Origin: Leucoraja ocellata
Taxonomy: Eukaryota
DNA length: 64,000 bases
Direction: 5' to 3'
Assembly: GCA_036785375.1 (NCBI GenBank)
Contig: JAWMAR010000105.1
Coordinates: 1,798,001 to 1,862,000, forward strand
The position numbers were made by a program, and so were the translations under genes. Under the pieces are notes generated by a model, which ran no database searches, was not told the DNA's origin, and saw nothing but the letters and a program-made list of their open reading frames with translations. Shown piece by piece: positions 1 through 12,487 of this stretch (within the stretch, counting starts at the first letter, position 1; every line of letters begins with the position of its first letter).

Positions 1-236
1 GGGAATTATAAGGCCAGAGGAAGGAATGTAGGTGGAAGGGAAGGGCGAGGGTGGGGAGAAATGGTTGCGAGTCCAGGTTGGCCATGGGAAAGAAAAAGGA
101 AGGGGGAGAAAAAGGGGGGAGAGGGAGGGGGAGGGGGGGGGAGGAGGCATGGGGATTTGGTTAGCTACCTAAAATTGGAGAATTCAATGTTCATACTGTG
201 GGGTTGTAAGTTACCCAAGCAGAATATGAGGTGGGG
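1..236 (-). mobile_element. Penelope-like element 3' fragment (ORF C-terminus plus pyrimidine-rich UTR)
   Basis: CTACCTAAAATTGGAGAATTCAATGTTCATAC...TTACCCAAGCAGAATATGAGGTG matches the PLE C-terminal block (HLxFCLGxLxPxGMNIxFSNFR) also seen at 12260-12340 and 60890-60970. Confidence 0.7.
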
Positions 237-1130
237 TATCTAAACAATGACTCTGATGCCTGACCCAGTTTTCTGGAGTTCTCTCGTATTCAGCATTGTT
301 GGCCTCCTCTACACTGAACATCCCCAATGTCTTGAAGTCTTGATTCTTGCCACCAGTGGTATGCTTAACTTGCAGGGCAAAATCTGAGCTTTCACAATGC
401 GTAAAATAGTCAAGATGTCAGCCATCAAATGTGATCTGATGGGTGGATTGCCAATTGCACAAATGTTGCTTTGCACTGCTCTATGCTGCTATGGATAGGT
501 TCCATGCTGTAGAGATACCTGTGCAAAGTTTTTGCTGCATGTTATAGTGCATCTTACCATACCACGCACGTTTTCAGGTCAGCCTGCCAAATTACTCTTT
601 GTGCACATAAGTTATTTTTCTTCAAAATAAGTCCATCTTCATTGGCCTACCCCTAAAGTCATAAGCTCAGTCATCTGCAACAGGATCCATGTAAACCTTT
701 TCCTAGAGAAATTGAGATTTCCTCTCTCGGTTTGCCTGGCTTGTGCTCAGGATTCATCATGTGTAGAACCCATCTCTAAACAAAGCAGTATATGAGCTGG
801 TAGCTGGGTGTTTTAAATCAAGCTTGGGAAAGTCTTTTTCCCTGTTCTCAATATATAACTATTTACCTGGCCATAATGAAGTTCTTGCATTTCAGAAATG
901 AGAAAGGCATAAGGTTGAGTGGAAGAGAAAGGGAGAATTAGAGGTACATCCAACTATAGCTTGCAAATCAGAAGCGATTGTGGCATTAGGGGAAAGTGAG
1001 ATGTGGGAAGTAATTTTAAGTCAAGTAAATCGCTCGCCGTGAATTCACAATTACGACATATATATGGTGCCATTCATGATGGTGGATTTGTGTTCGAGCA
1101 TCTCTTTGCTGCTGCATTCCCCCGTAACTT

Positions 1131-1231
1131 TCAGTCTGAAGAAGGGTCTCAACCCGTAACATCACCCATTTCTTCTCTCCAGAGATGCTGCCTGTCCCGC
1201 TGAGTTACTCCAGCTTTTTGTGTTTATCTTC
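1131..1231 (+). mobile_element. PLE terminal-repeat fragment with degenerate hammerhead motif
   Basis: TCAGT-CTGAAGA-A-GGGTCTCAACCC-GTAAC-ATC followed by the family tail ...GAGATGCTGCCTGTCCCGCTGAGTTACTCCAGC; GAAA is mutated to GTAA. Confidence 0.75.
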
Positions 1232-1274
1232 ACCTGTTGAGTTTAGTTTATTTAATTAAATTGTCCCTGAATCT

Positions 1275-1620
1275 TTCTGGAAACATGTGTTTCCACACTT
1301 CTATACTGTTTGCCCGAAAGGAGAGAGGAGAAGAGGCAGTGGGCAGTATGACTCATCCTTGATTATGCTGCTGGCTTTGTCGAGCAGCGTGAGGCATAAA
1401 AAAAGTCAATGGAAGTGAGGGTTGGTTTGTATGATGGTCTGGGCTGCATCCACAATTCTCTGCAGTTTCTTGCAGTCTTGGATGGAGCTGTTCCCAAACG
1501 ATGCTGTGATGCATTCCGATGAAATACTTTCTGTGACACACCTGTAGAAGTTGGTGAGAGTTGTTGGGGACATGCCGAACCTTCTAAGCCTTCTAAGGAA
1601 GTAGAGATGTTGGTGTGCAA
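1275..1620 (-). mobile_element. Rex1/Babar-type LINE RT C-terminal fragment
   Basis: ORF 1406..1690(-) reads HLYFLRRLRRFGMSPTTLTNFYRCVTESI...KKLQRIVDAAQTII, a typical post-RT region of Rex/Babar LINEs. Confidence 0.75.
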
Positions 1621-2486
1621 TTGTATCCCCAACTGTGTCTTTTGTCAAATCATTGTCACCTCGATAACAATCCCCACCGTCTGTAGGCACACTAAACCTT
1701 CCCTTTTGGAAATGCTTCTAGGATTTTAAGTAATGTAGACTAGCTTCAATTAATGTTGACCAATCATGCAATGGGACCCTTACCAATGGCGAAAACGCTA
1801 TCTGGAGCACCAATAATGTGCTGATTAAATAAATTAATACATCAAACAGGCTCCAAGATTTGGCGACCTAACCGAATCAGAGGGAGAGAGGGCGGGTGTA
1901 TTAAGTTTAACTCACTAAGTGTTGGTCACATTGCTAACTGTAAAAAATCTTGTTAGATGGCAGTTACTTTTGCTTTAATGAATCTCTGGGCAGCATGTTA
2001 ATCATTCTACATGTCGCAGTTTGAAATAATTCAGGCATGACGAAATGACATATGAATGCTAATTTCCTGCTGCTAGGTACTTGAAGAGCTTAACAAAACG
2101 ATCTGAACATGGGAAGCGACGTTGGCCGTGCCTGCTTTACACATCCCTGGGAATGATTCATTCCAAACGATACTTTTACAATCGCGTTCCACTGTTGCCA
2201 TCGTTACTCGACAGCAACATTCTTGATGACATCACAATGACACCTGTCCCGGCCCCGCCCCCCGCTGCCACCAGCAGCCATTCATTAATTTCAGGAGGCG
2301 GGAGGCGTCAGCGCGTAGTGACGCAGCAGTAGCAGCATCGAGCGGTGGGTTCTTGCAGGAGTCAGTCAGCCAGCGAGCGCGATACTGTAACAGTGCAGCT
2401 ACCTACCTACCCAGCTACCTGCCTAGCTGCCTGCAGTGGAGTTTCAGCGGTGCATGGTTCACGTATACAGCGGGGGAGAGAAGACC

Positions 2487-2549
2487 ATGTCCAAGTACCA
2501 CAGGACGCCCGCCAGAACTATGGACAATCTTATCGAAGTGAAGAGCAAG
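2487..2549 (+). CDS. pard6a: Par-6 polarity protein, coding exon 1 (MSKYHRTPARTMDNLIEVKSK)
   Basis: accATG Kozak; RTPAR...EVKSK matches the PARD6A N-terminus including the PB1 basic Lys; GT donor at 2550, phase 0. Confidence 0.93.
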
Positions 2550-3211
2550 GTAGAAGGTGTTAATTGCTGGATGTATTATGTAACTTTCAGCATTTTCCTC
2601 AGTGCTAGATTGAATGCATGCTTTTTTTAAACGCCGCGAGTTTTTTTTATAATAAGCCAAGGTAGCTCGGATTATGTAACGATACAACAAAACGGTCTTG
2701 GTTCAACGGATCGTTCGCTTATTTTCGGGATATTTTCCAGGGACTGCCTGTGTTTGATCCGTAAATGCGTGCGGACCACAGTTGCTTGCGCCGCGCTGTT
2801 CCTCGGAACGAATTGATCCCGCTATTGATGTAAACAAACCTCACCTTAAAAAAAATTCCAAAGCGTTTGCAACGGTTAAAATATGACGGGTTTTTTTTTG
2901 TTATTGCGGCTATTTAATATTTCTGCCAATGTTCTTCCCCCTCTGGGCACTCTAAGGCGACGGTGCCCGTTTCTCGCCATCATCATTCGCATTATTGGCT
3001 GTTAATATTGGAGCCATATTTAATGATATTACGTGTTAGAAAGAATTTGAAAGGTTGCGCTTAGATTTGGTTTTAAAAATAGGCAGATTATAAATCTAAT
3101 GTTTTTGGATTCGTGTATTATTTTCACATACATTGGAAGCCTGCCTGGTTACGTGTGTTTAGAGAGACGCAGGTGCTGCAAACTCTTCATTTTTTTTTTC
3201 TCCCCTCACAG

Positions 3212-3434
3212 TTCGATGCTGAATTCCGAAGATTTGCTCTAAAACGTTCCAACGTTGGGGGGTTTCAGGAATTTTACCAGCTGATTCAAGCCGTCCATCA
3301 GATCCCGTACGTGGACGTATTGCTGGGATATACCGACATCCACGGGGACTTGCTGCCCATCAACAACGATGACAATTATCACAAAGCGGTCTCCTCTGCC
3401 AACCCTTTACTGCGAGTCATCATTCAGAGACGGG
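3212..3434 (+). CDS. pard6a: Par-6 coding exon 2 (PB1 domain)
   Basis: Polypyrimidine tract + CAG acceptor; [10 protein letters not shown]...VHQIP...[37 protein letters not shown]; GTAAGT donor at 3435, phase 1. Confidence 0.96.
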
Positions 3435-4422
3435 GTAAGTCGAACGCAGGAGCTCCCTTCTATTGGCGCCTGAATTATATCCCATTTAAAAATAATAACA
3501 ATCTCTAGATACATAACTGATGTCTGATGGTGCCATATGTGACTTATTGTAAACTGTGTATAAATAGTCGCGGCTCAACGTGGTGCGCCATAATCACTTG
3601 TCTTTTTAAATGTAGGAGGTATCTTAACACCGACACCTCTGTGCACTGAACGGTTTCCGCTATGCAAGGAATTCGGTTAATCTTAACTTTTCCTAAAGAA
3701 CCGGGAAAGGAGGGGGTGGGGGGTGTCGGGAGAAAAGGTCGTGGCGTTGTAAGTCACTTACAATGAGATCTATTTTTAGCAAAATATTTCTCCATTATTC
3801 ATGTCCCCTTGTTTTATCTATTTTTAGCACAAACAAGGCACATTGACTCATCGCTATTGGTGCCAGAAATGGGTGCGTTAAATAGCTATGAATTGCAGGT
3901 TGAGCAAGTAAACCTGGTCTTGGTTCGTGTATGTTAGTTATATGGGTCACATTTTATTTTTATAGTGTTTACTTTTTTTTTAAAAACCTCGTGCCATAAC
4001 AACCATTACGATTGTCCAGATACAAACAATTGCATTTTCATTCCACATGTAAATCATTAGTCTTCATAAAGCCTAAGTTTTCAAACTGAAGGGTGAGATA
4101 AAGTTAGATTGGAATCGAGGGGGATTACCTCTGATATGGAATGGAGCAAAAACCTCTTTGAAGCTTTATTGCAGAAATATTCTTGCCATTTTTGCGATAT
4201 AATCCTAATATTTTCCACTCTTCCCTTTCTATGGGTAGATGAAAATGGTCAGTCTATACATAAATCAACTTTGTCGTGGGCAGCAAACTTTGAAACAATT
4301 AAAACAACCTCCTAATCAGTTCTTTTCCTCCCACAACCCTAACTGTATTATCACTAATTGGAGAACAACACAGCTGAGGGAGTCCCAGCTGCTAATTGCT
4401 TTGCCTATGTGGTCTGCAAATG

Positions 4423-4514
4423 ATAGACACAAAATGCTGGAGTAACTCTGCGGGACAGGCAGCATCTCTGGCGAGAAGGAATGGGTGATGTTTCAGGTCG
4501 AGACCCTTCTTCAG
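4423..4514 (-). ncRNA. PLE-derived minimal type I hammerhead ribozyme motif plus tail (antisense to pard6a)
   Basis: Minus strand reads CTGAAGA-A-GGGTC-TC-GACCT-GAAA-C-ATC-ACCCATTCC; core boxes intact. Confidence 0.65.
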
Positions 4515-4899
4515 GTTTGCAGATGGGTGGCCCATGCTGCCCCTTCTAAACTTTTCATTGATGCTATTGTAGTCGTCTCTGGAATGACCTCCAGTATTTT
4601 GTAAACAACAAGGGCAAGGTGGTTTCATATCCTCTGCAACCCATGAATTGAACGTAGTTTTGGATTACAATGAGTACATTTATTTTGCAAATTAGATCTT
4701 TTAATTGCATGTTCTTTTTGTTTTGAGCTGCAGTTGCAGTTCCATTAGAAGTCCACTTCTTGCGAATGATTTTGATGATAGATACAATAAGCATTTTTTT
4801 TCTAATGTTAGATGGGATTGAATTTACACCACATAATGATATTGGTCGCGGTCTTTACCTTTCTGAATGGAGAAAATGTCAAATAGTTTACAGGTGGTT

Positions 4900-5065
4900 A
4901 AGTTACAGCCTCAGCGGCAGTGACCTGGGTTTAATCCTGTCTTCTGGCACTGTTTGTGTGGAGTTTGCACATTTTTCCTGTGACCACGTGGGTTTCCTCT
5001 AGGTACTCCGGTTTACTCGTGCGTCGCAAAGACGTGCTGTTCTGTAGGTTAATTGACCTCTTTAA
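4900..5065 (+). mobile_element. V-SINE/HE1-like SINE, degenerate
   Basis: B-box remnant GGTTTAATCC, then V-domain TGTGTGGAGTTTGCACATT...GTGGGTTTCCTC...TACTCCGGTTT...CAAAGACGTG. Confidence 0.7.
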
Positions 5066-5192
5066 ATTTTGACATGGAAAGTCTAAGTTTAATCAAAGAT
5101 TCCTAACTTTCTATTGCTCATATATGATTGATAATATTTTGATTAAATCAATGAGGCTTATGCACAAAATTGTTTAGGTATTTATAATGTAA

Positions 5193-5984
5193 CTAGACTA
5201 AGTGCAGACCCGTTGGGTCTGCTCCCCCAACGCAATATTCCACCACTCACCCGTTCCCCCTACGCAACCCGTCCCCCCTTACGCAATATTCCACCACTCG
5301 CGCATAGCCCCCAACTGTGCAGGCACAGCTCATTTCCCTCATCCCCCAGCATTCCCTCCCCTTCTTCAATCTTCCTCTTCTTTCCCCTCTCCCAATCCCT
5401 CCCTTTCCTTTCCCCTACCCTCCCTTCCTCCCTCCATAACTCCTCTTCCCTCCCTACTGCCCTCCTATCCCTCTCTCTCCACTCCTCACCTCCCCCTATC
5501 CCCGCCACCATCCCTCCTCACCTCCCCCACTGCCCTCTCCCTCTCTCTCTCTCTCTATTCCCCACTCCCCCCTCCTCTGCCCCTATTCCCCCTCCTACCC
5601 ACTCTCCCTCCTCCCACTCCCCACCCCCCTCTTCCTCCTACCCCCTCCTCTCCCTCAACCCCTCCCTCCTCACCTCGCCAGGATCTTTCCCCCTCCCTCT
5701 CTATCCTTTCCCCCTACCCTCAGTCACTCCCACCCTCCATCTCTCCCCTCCCTACCCCCCCTCCTATCCTTCTATCCACAACCTCCCCCTATCCCTCCTC
5801 ACCTTCCCCCCCACTGCCCTCCTGTCCCTCTACTCCCCACTCCCCTACCTCCCCCACTCTTCTTGTAGCACAGGAGAAAGGTGAGTAAGGTGGTGAAAAA
5901 TCGTAGCGCTATCATGTACTGTTTTAGCGCAAATAGAAAAAAATGCAAAACCGGAAGAGTTTTAGTTATGTATAGATAGATAGA
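5193..5984 (-). mobile_element. Non-autonomous Helitron carrying a ~550-bp C/T-rich tract
   Basis: On the minus strand: 5' A|TCTATC..., 3' hairpin GCAGACCC-AAC-GGGTCTGC (5204-5222) 7 nt before the terminal CTAG|T; inserted between A and T without a TSD. Confidence 0.75.
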
Positions 5985-7592
5985 TCCCTCCCTCCTGGGG
6001 AAAATGTGAAACAAACTTCAAAGGTTATTGCTGTATTATCTTTTATGCCAGCCAGGTGAACGTAGTACACACATAAACTTGAAGCGAGATGAGCAACCAT
6101 TTACTTTAACTTATTAATTTGCGATCCCCAACAATAGGAAAATTCCTGCCTTTACCAGCACTTAATTCTGAATACATTGCTTAGCACAATGTTATGAACA
6201 GGACATTTGAATTCATGTGATTCCATTGATCATGTTAATTCCTTTAAACTTGAGTTTATAAGTTTGTTAAATTCCAGGGTTGCAGCCACAACAGTTCTCT
6301 AATCTTTTGGTCAAGCCCATGACAGGGGATGCTGGAGGCACCGCCAAGATGCTGCTTTCACACTCTATACATTTCAATATCAATGTCACTTTGAATCTTT
6401 TCCACAATCAATCACGGACACTTTGTGCACCATCCATTTCTGTGACAACTTCACCTTTCTTTACCTCCTTGTGCAACCCTCAAATTTTCTACAAACTTCC
6501 TGCTCTCTCCCCCCCCCCCCCCCCCCCCTCCCCAAGGGGCAGCCATTTTTTTAAATCAAATTTTACTTTTGTCTATGTGACGAAATCAAGTGTTCACTCG
6601 TAGTTTTATTATTTCTCCATTACATTTTAAAGTGGATTGTATTTTTGGGGCAGCGCCAAAGCATTTTTATAACAAAATGCAAAGTGATTAAGAGTTGCTA
6701 AATCATTGCAGACTGAAGAGCTGAATCCGAGTTTATTAGTGTACTTGCTTGTGTTAAGTGCTTTGGGATCTTTCTCTGTTGAAATATGCTATATTTGTCA
6801 TATTGCTCCTGGGGTAGGGAAGTAATTGCATGAAGTGTATCAGTAAGCTGCAATTTATCTTTCAAAACTGTAGGTGATCAAGTCTGATGTTTGCTGATGA
6901 CGCAACGAGTCACAAGCTTGGTGACTTCTGACCTTTTAAAAGCCAATGGCACTTTGTCTTCAAGTGCTTCAATTAGCTAATGTAGCAATACTGTGGACAT
7001 AAAACTAGGCAGCAGGAATGATTTAGTGTGTCTGATGGAATTCCTTGATAGTTGCAAGATTAAATGTGGTTGTGCTCTTCTTTCCCAACTTCTCACCAAT
7101 TCACAATAGTTGAATGGCAGACTTTATAAAATTTCCAAGATGGTCAGGACGATGGACCTGGGAATTGTGGCTTGTGTTCTAAATCTCGCCTGAGTTTGTG
7201 GCTAGAAATTGGTCTATTCATTTCCGATGTGATTAGAAAATTGAGTGTGTACTTATGAAGGAGGAAAATATTATTTTTGGCATACAGCTATAACTGGGAA
7301 GTAAAATATCTGATCATGTGGAGGTTAAGATGAAGTACATCACAAACTTGGATATTGCCATGCTATAAATTTATACGAATAGGTCCCTTTCTGGAATTGT
7401 TTATTCAGATTTATGGGTGTATCAGTGAGCGTTAGGTCTCTGTAATGTGATTGTATTTTGTGGCCACAGATGGATTTCTCAACCCTTGGTGTCATTGCTT
7501 TGCACATTAAACTGGCATGGAATCGGTTTAAAATGTTGGTATAATTGTAAAACTGTCTCTGCTACCTGTGATCATGGGAAGCTTGAAACTAT

Positions 7593-7824
7593 TTTATTAT
7601 GGTGTCCTGGAATGGGGGGGACTATGTATAAACACTGCTGTAATTTATTTTGGTTTCACCATGTAGGTGTAAAAATGGCCTTTATTAAAATCTGACAATG
7701 TGCACTTTAACCACATGTGATTTTTTTTATTTTTTTCCCCTATTACAAATCTCAAATTGTGGAGTACACTCGAGGCAAATAAATAAATGATGGCTCTTTG
7801 TCCCAAACATTATGGAGGGCACTA
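7593..7824. mobile_element. Tc1/mariner-like non-autonomous element, one end only
   Basis: Ends in CCCAAACATTATGGAGGGCACT, the reverse complement of a CAGTG-type Tc1 TIR; partner TIR not seen. Confidence 0.5.
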
Positions 7825-8662
7825 TTTACTTGCACTGACCTGACACTTTGATTTAGTTGATCAAATGTTCAGGCAGTCCAGTGAAGTAGTGTATATTGAA
7901 GACAATTTACTGTCTGTGCCATTAATACTCTTGTCAAATCTTATTTGTATTTTCAGCTTATGCGATTCACATGCAAATTGTAAACAACGTTTTGTGGTTC
8001 ACCAAATTAATTCACCGAATAATTTAATTGAGACATCTATTGGTATTTTTGAATGCAATATTGCGACTTGCCTTTTCTCACGGTATACTGGTATTTCTCG
8101 GATGGATGCCAGTTTAGGTCTAGATTTGGATACTAATTCAAAAAATGTTTACCTCATCTGTGGCACACAATAACTTCTCATTTTGAGCTTTTATATCACT
8201 GGATTTTACTAGTTTTAAATGGTACCTTTAGTATTTCCTGAAAGGCAGGCACATGTAGTCTCTGTTACATAGCAAGAAATTGTACTGGCCACTTTGTACA
8301 CAGCAATGTGATAATTTGGTCAAGGATTTGGCAAGTAATTTGCATTTTGGAATATTGGATTTTGCATGCATCTGGGGAAACACAAGTGGCTTTATTTGAT
8401 ATTTTATCCAAAGGATGACTTCTAGAATGCAGCCGCCCACCCCCGCCAGTAATGCACTTGAGATTTACGATAGTTTTTTCCTCTTGGTAACTCGAGTCCA
8501 AGCCAAAACTTGGGTGACAAGTGCTGGCTCTTGGAGAACAATAATTTCATGTTAGGACATTTAAATGTTAAAAAAAAATTACTTGATTGTTAGCATTAAC
8601 TCGCGTTTTAAAGATGTGTGATGAAAATCACTTGCTAAATTGCTCATTTCTAAAATGACTAG

Positions 8663-8858
8663 AATCACTTGAATAGACACAGAGTACTGGAGTAACTAAG
8701 CGGGTCAGGCAGCATCTCTGGAGAAAAAGGATGGGTAATTACCCTTTTGGACCGGAACTCTTCTTTAAACAGTGTGACCCGCTGAGTTACTCCAGCACTT
8801 TGTGTATATCATCGGTATAAACCAGCACCCACAGTTCTTTCCTACAGAAAATCACTTG
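8663..8858. mobile_element. Fold-back PLE-terminus element with TSD
   Basis: Antisense arm from 8674 then sense arm plus tail to ~8846; AATCACTTG repeated at 8663-8671 and 8850-8858. Confidence 0.7.
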
Positions 8859-8863
8859 GATGT

Positions 8864-9415
8864 CATAGAAACATAGAAAATTAGGTGCAGGAGTAGGCCA
8901 TTCGGCTTTTTCGAGCCTGCACCGCCATTCAATATGATCATGGTTGATCATCCAACTCTGTATCCTGTACCTGCCTTCTCTCCATACCCTCTGATCCCTT
9001 TAGCCACAAGGGCCACATCTAACTCCCTCTTAAATATAGCCAATGAACTGGCCTCAACTACCTTCTGTGGCAGAAAGTTCCAGAGATTCACCAATCTCTG
9101 TGTGAAAAATGCTTTTTTAATCTCAGTCCCAAAGGATTTCCCCTTTATCCTTAAACTGTGACCCCTTGTCCTGGACTTCCCCAACGTCGGGAACAATCTT
9201 CCTGCATCTAGCCTGTCCAACCCCTTAAGAATGTTGTAAGTTTCTATAAGATCCCCCCCCCCCCTCTCAATCTCCTAAATTCTAGCGAGTACAAGCCAAG
9301 TCTATCCAGTCTTTCTTCATATGAAAGTCCTGACATCCCAGGAATCAGTCTGGTGAACCTTCTCTGTACTCCCTCTATGGCAAGAATGTATTTCCTCAGA
9401 TTTGGAGACCAAAAC
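8864..9415 (-). mobile_element. CR1 (HER-type) LINE 3' end
   Basis: ORF 8948..9220(-) RTRGHSLRIKG...FFTQRLVNLWNFLPQKVVEASSLAIFKRELD; (TTTCTATG)n tail. Confidence 0.9.
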
Positions 9416-9823
9416 TACAATGTCTGATGCATATTTTTCGAAACATCGTTTAATTGCATGGTAAAGCGCAAATTCTAAATCTCTTGTTAATCAGCCTTTT
9501 AGTTAATTTGCTATGAAGTGGGAAATGATGCCTTGTTCTAATGACTCTTGAACACCCATTGATAACTTGTAAAGTTCCCTGCTAAGTGAGTAGAATGCCA
9601 TATGTACATTTGTTTGAAAGCTACGTGAAAAAAAAAAAATTGTGTGAGTATCAACATGGAAATTATTTTTCTTACTTGATGTTGATGTAACTTGAATAAA
9701 GTTAATCTTTCAGTTGGACACTGGCGGTTATGCATTCCACTTGAGATGTTGGGGTGCTTTTCATGTGTATGAATAGCCATTGCAAGTAGCAGTTTTGCAA
9801 ATACAATGTGCTTATTGCAAAAG

Positions 9824-9915
9824 ATAGACACAAGAAGCTGGAGTAACTCAGTGGGTCAGCATTTCTCTTGAGAAAAGCAATGGATGATGTTTCAGTTCAG
9901 GACCCAACTTCGGAC
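9824..9915 (-). mobile_element. PLE-terminus fragment, degenerate hammerhead
   Basis: ATAGACACAAGAAGCTGGAGTAACTCAG...GATGTTTCAGTTCAGGACCC. Confidence 0.65.
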
Positions 9916-10657
9916 CCTGAATGCAAACCAGTTTTCCTTGAATGCAAGTTTTGGCAAGTTTTTAATTTGCAACTAATTTGCATCAGTTTTAATAGGCCAA
10001 TCTCTTTTTAGAACTGAACTATCTGAGTTCATTTCTACAAATGTAGGTTTGATTAACTTCAGGCTTGTAAATCAAATTGGAGGCGTTGGCATTGGCATCA
10101 AAAACTTCTTGGTGAGATGAGAGAACTTGTTGGTGGCAGTGTGGAGAATAATGGAAACTTTGAATGTTAGTAAAGTGTGGTTAGTTCATTAATCAGTTCA
10201 TTTCTGTATGCTCTCAGCTGGTAACAGCAAAACGCCATCTAACGATGAGAATTACCTAACAACATTGGGTTTTTTGAAGTAAAAACTTCACTCACAACCA
10301 AATACTTGTATGTTTTTGCTTGGTACAACTTTCAGGGAGGTAGAAATAATAATTACTGGAACAGGAACCCAATGAGCAGTTCTTATTCCAAAAGAAAATT
10401 GGGAAGGAAATCTTGTTTCCAGATTTAGTTTTGGGACAATAAGACCATGTCCACAAATTAGCAAGTTTTCAGAAGTCACACTGACCATTCATTGTGTAGG
10501 CCACATCTATACAATAACAAAAAAAAGGGCATGTTACCACTTGAAATATCGAGGATGAAGTAATTTGGCATAGCTTTTTAAAAACAAACCAAAGCTATTT
10601 TGGCCTTGGATACTATGTACTGTTCACTATGTGGGGACAGAAGACCTGGCATTATTA

Positions 10658-10999
10658 AAGCCCTGTCCCACGGTACGAGTTCATTCAAAGAGCTCTCCCG
10701 AGTTTGCCCTGATTCGAACTCGGAGATTTACGGTAATGGCCACTTGTCGGTACTCGGGGCTCTCGTGGACGTTTTTCAACATGTTTAAAACTCTTCACGA
10801 GTCTTCCTGTGCTTATCTGCCGTCAGCAAGTCTTCCCGAGTACCTGCCGTTAGCGTAACGAACCGCTAAGAGACGTCCCCGAGCTCTGACGTACCCGCTA
10901 CGTTCATTCTCCGTGCATACCACAAGTTTGGGGTTTTTTGGGGGGTTTTTTAAACTCGGGAGAGCTCTTGGAATGAACTCGTACCATGGGACAGGGCTT
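10658..10999. mobile_element. PIF/Harbinger-like MITE
   Basis: 48-bp TIRs (10658-10705 / 10952-10999, 2 mismatches) flanked by a TTA/TTA 3-bp TSD; CpG-rich interior. Confidence 0.85.
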
Positions 11000-12088
11000 T
11001 TAGTTTATCTTTTTGGTTACCTTGCATATTTGGTCAATTAGATTGACTTGCATGACAATTTTCACCCACGCGCACCAAAAAAAGGCGGCTGTCTTGATTT
11101 TGGGGGAGAGGAGGGAATTAATTGTAAAGTCATGGCTGATTTTGGTCCACAAAGCAAGCAAATCATTCGCTAAAGTTTAGAAGTATAAGTGGCAAGGTTG
11201 TCCTTGGTATCCATAAGTTTCTTTTACATGTTTACATTATTTTTTCTTCTGAGACCTTGATGGAGAGAGAAGGGAATGGAATGGAAAAGAAACAAGTCTA
11301 TAACAATGCTAAGCAGAACATACTGCACTTGCATAGTAAGTTGATTAGTACATGTGGAGGGACAATATTTTGCAACCGAAGCTGTTTTTAATTTATTTGG
11401 GGGCAACACCAGGTGATCAGGTTTATAATGTGCAACCTTGTATTAAATACAGCAAAAGGCAGTTTGTATCGCACACAAGCTGTTAACAACAATGCAATCT
11501 TTGTGGTTGCAGAGCCAGCACCAGGTTTCAGTACAAAGTTGACCATTGGAAACAACTAGTTAAAGTACTTAGAATTTTTTTTTTTCCACTTGTCCTATCC
11601 AATATAATTAACACAAACAGGTTAATGTTCCTTTCTATTTTAGGTATCTGAATATGCCTTCCATCAATATTTGTTTTCCTTGAGTAAGTGGATTCCCAGT
11701 CTGTATGTTTTAATATTTATTATGGTTGCTGTGTAACTCCTACAGTTGGGAGTTACCTTGCTGCTTTTCTAATGGACATAATGTCCCATTTTTTTTGTGG
11801 AAGAATTCTTGCTCTGTTGCCAGTGGTCAAACCACATTCCAACAATATACTTTTTGACTTGGTTGATAACACACTTTGATGGCGTTCATCTACTCTCCTG
11901 GAGATAATGCGAGGCTAAAATATTAGTGCAGTGATGTAGTGTTGCAATGTAGTAGGCCCTAACCTTTGGGTGAGATGTTAAAGTGCAATATGTAGATATA
12001 AGATCCCTCGGCACTGCTCTGTAGAGAAGGTCTCCCCCGTCGTCTCCCCAAATCTTGATTAACATGGGTGACCTACTTATTATTCCAA

Positions 12089-12487
12089 GGTAGATAAAAA
12101 TGCTGGACAAACTCAGCGGGTGAGGCAGCATCTATGGAGTGAAGGAAAAGGTGACGTTTTGGGTCGAGACCTTTCTTCAGACTGATGGGGGCAGGAAGAA
12201 GAAAGGAAGAGGCAGAGACAGTGGCCGCTGGGGGATCTGGAAGGGGGGGAGAAAGCAAGGACAACCTGAAATTGCAGAAGTCAATGTTCATACCACTGAG
12301 GTGTAAACTACCCAAGCAAAATTTGAGGTGCTGCTCCTCCAATTTACGTTGGGACTCACTCTGGCCATGGAGGAGGCCCAGGACAGAAAGGTCCGATTCG
12401 GAATGGTGCTGAGTTGGTCCAAGTTGAAGTGCTGAGCCACTGGGAGATCAGGTTGGTTATTGCGAACTGAGCGAAGGTGTTGGGCGA
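12089..12487 (-). mobile_element. Penelope-like element 3' portion: GIY-YIG C-terminus plus terminal repeat with hammerhead motif
   Basis: QHLRSVRNNQPDLPVAQHFN and EEQHLKFCLGSLHLSGMNIDFCNFR followed on the same strand by CTGAAGA-AAGGTCTCGACCC-AAAAC-GTC. Confidence 0.85.

Larger units (their letters stand above)
2080..3760 (+). promoter_or_regulatory. CpG island and promoter of pard6a, with a GC box at 2251-2260
   Basis: High CpG density relative to the CpG-depleted flanks, spanning exons 1-2; GGCCCCGCCC Sp1 box; CCAAT boxes upstream at 1760, 1783 and 1810. Confidence 0.75.

Noticed and set aside
1131-4514. Inverted PLE copies flanking exons 1-2 as circRNA drivers
   Set aside because: The upstream copy lies 5' of the probable promoter, so it is unlikely to be in the pre-mRNA
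5202-5888. 228-aa and 223-aa Pro/Ser/Leu-rich ORFs
   Set aside because: Artefacts of the C/T low-complexity tract inside a Helitron; no splice or domain evidence
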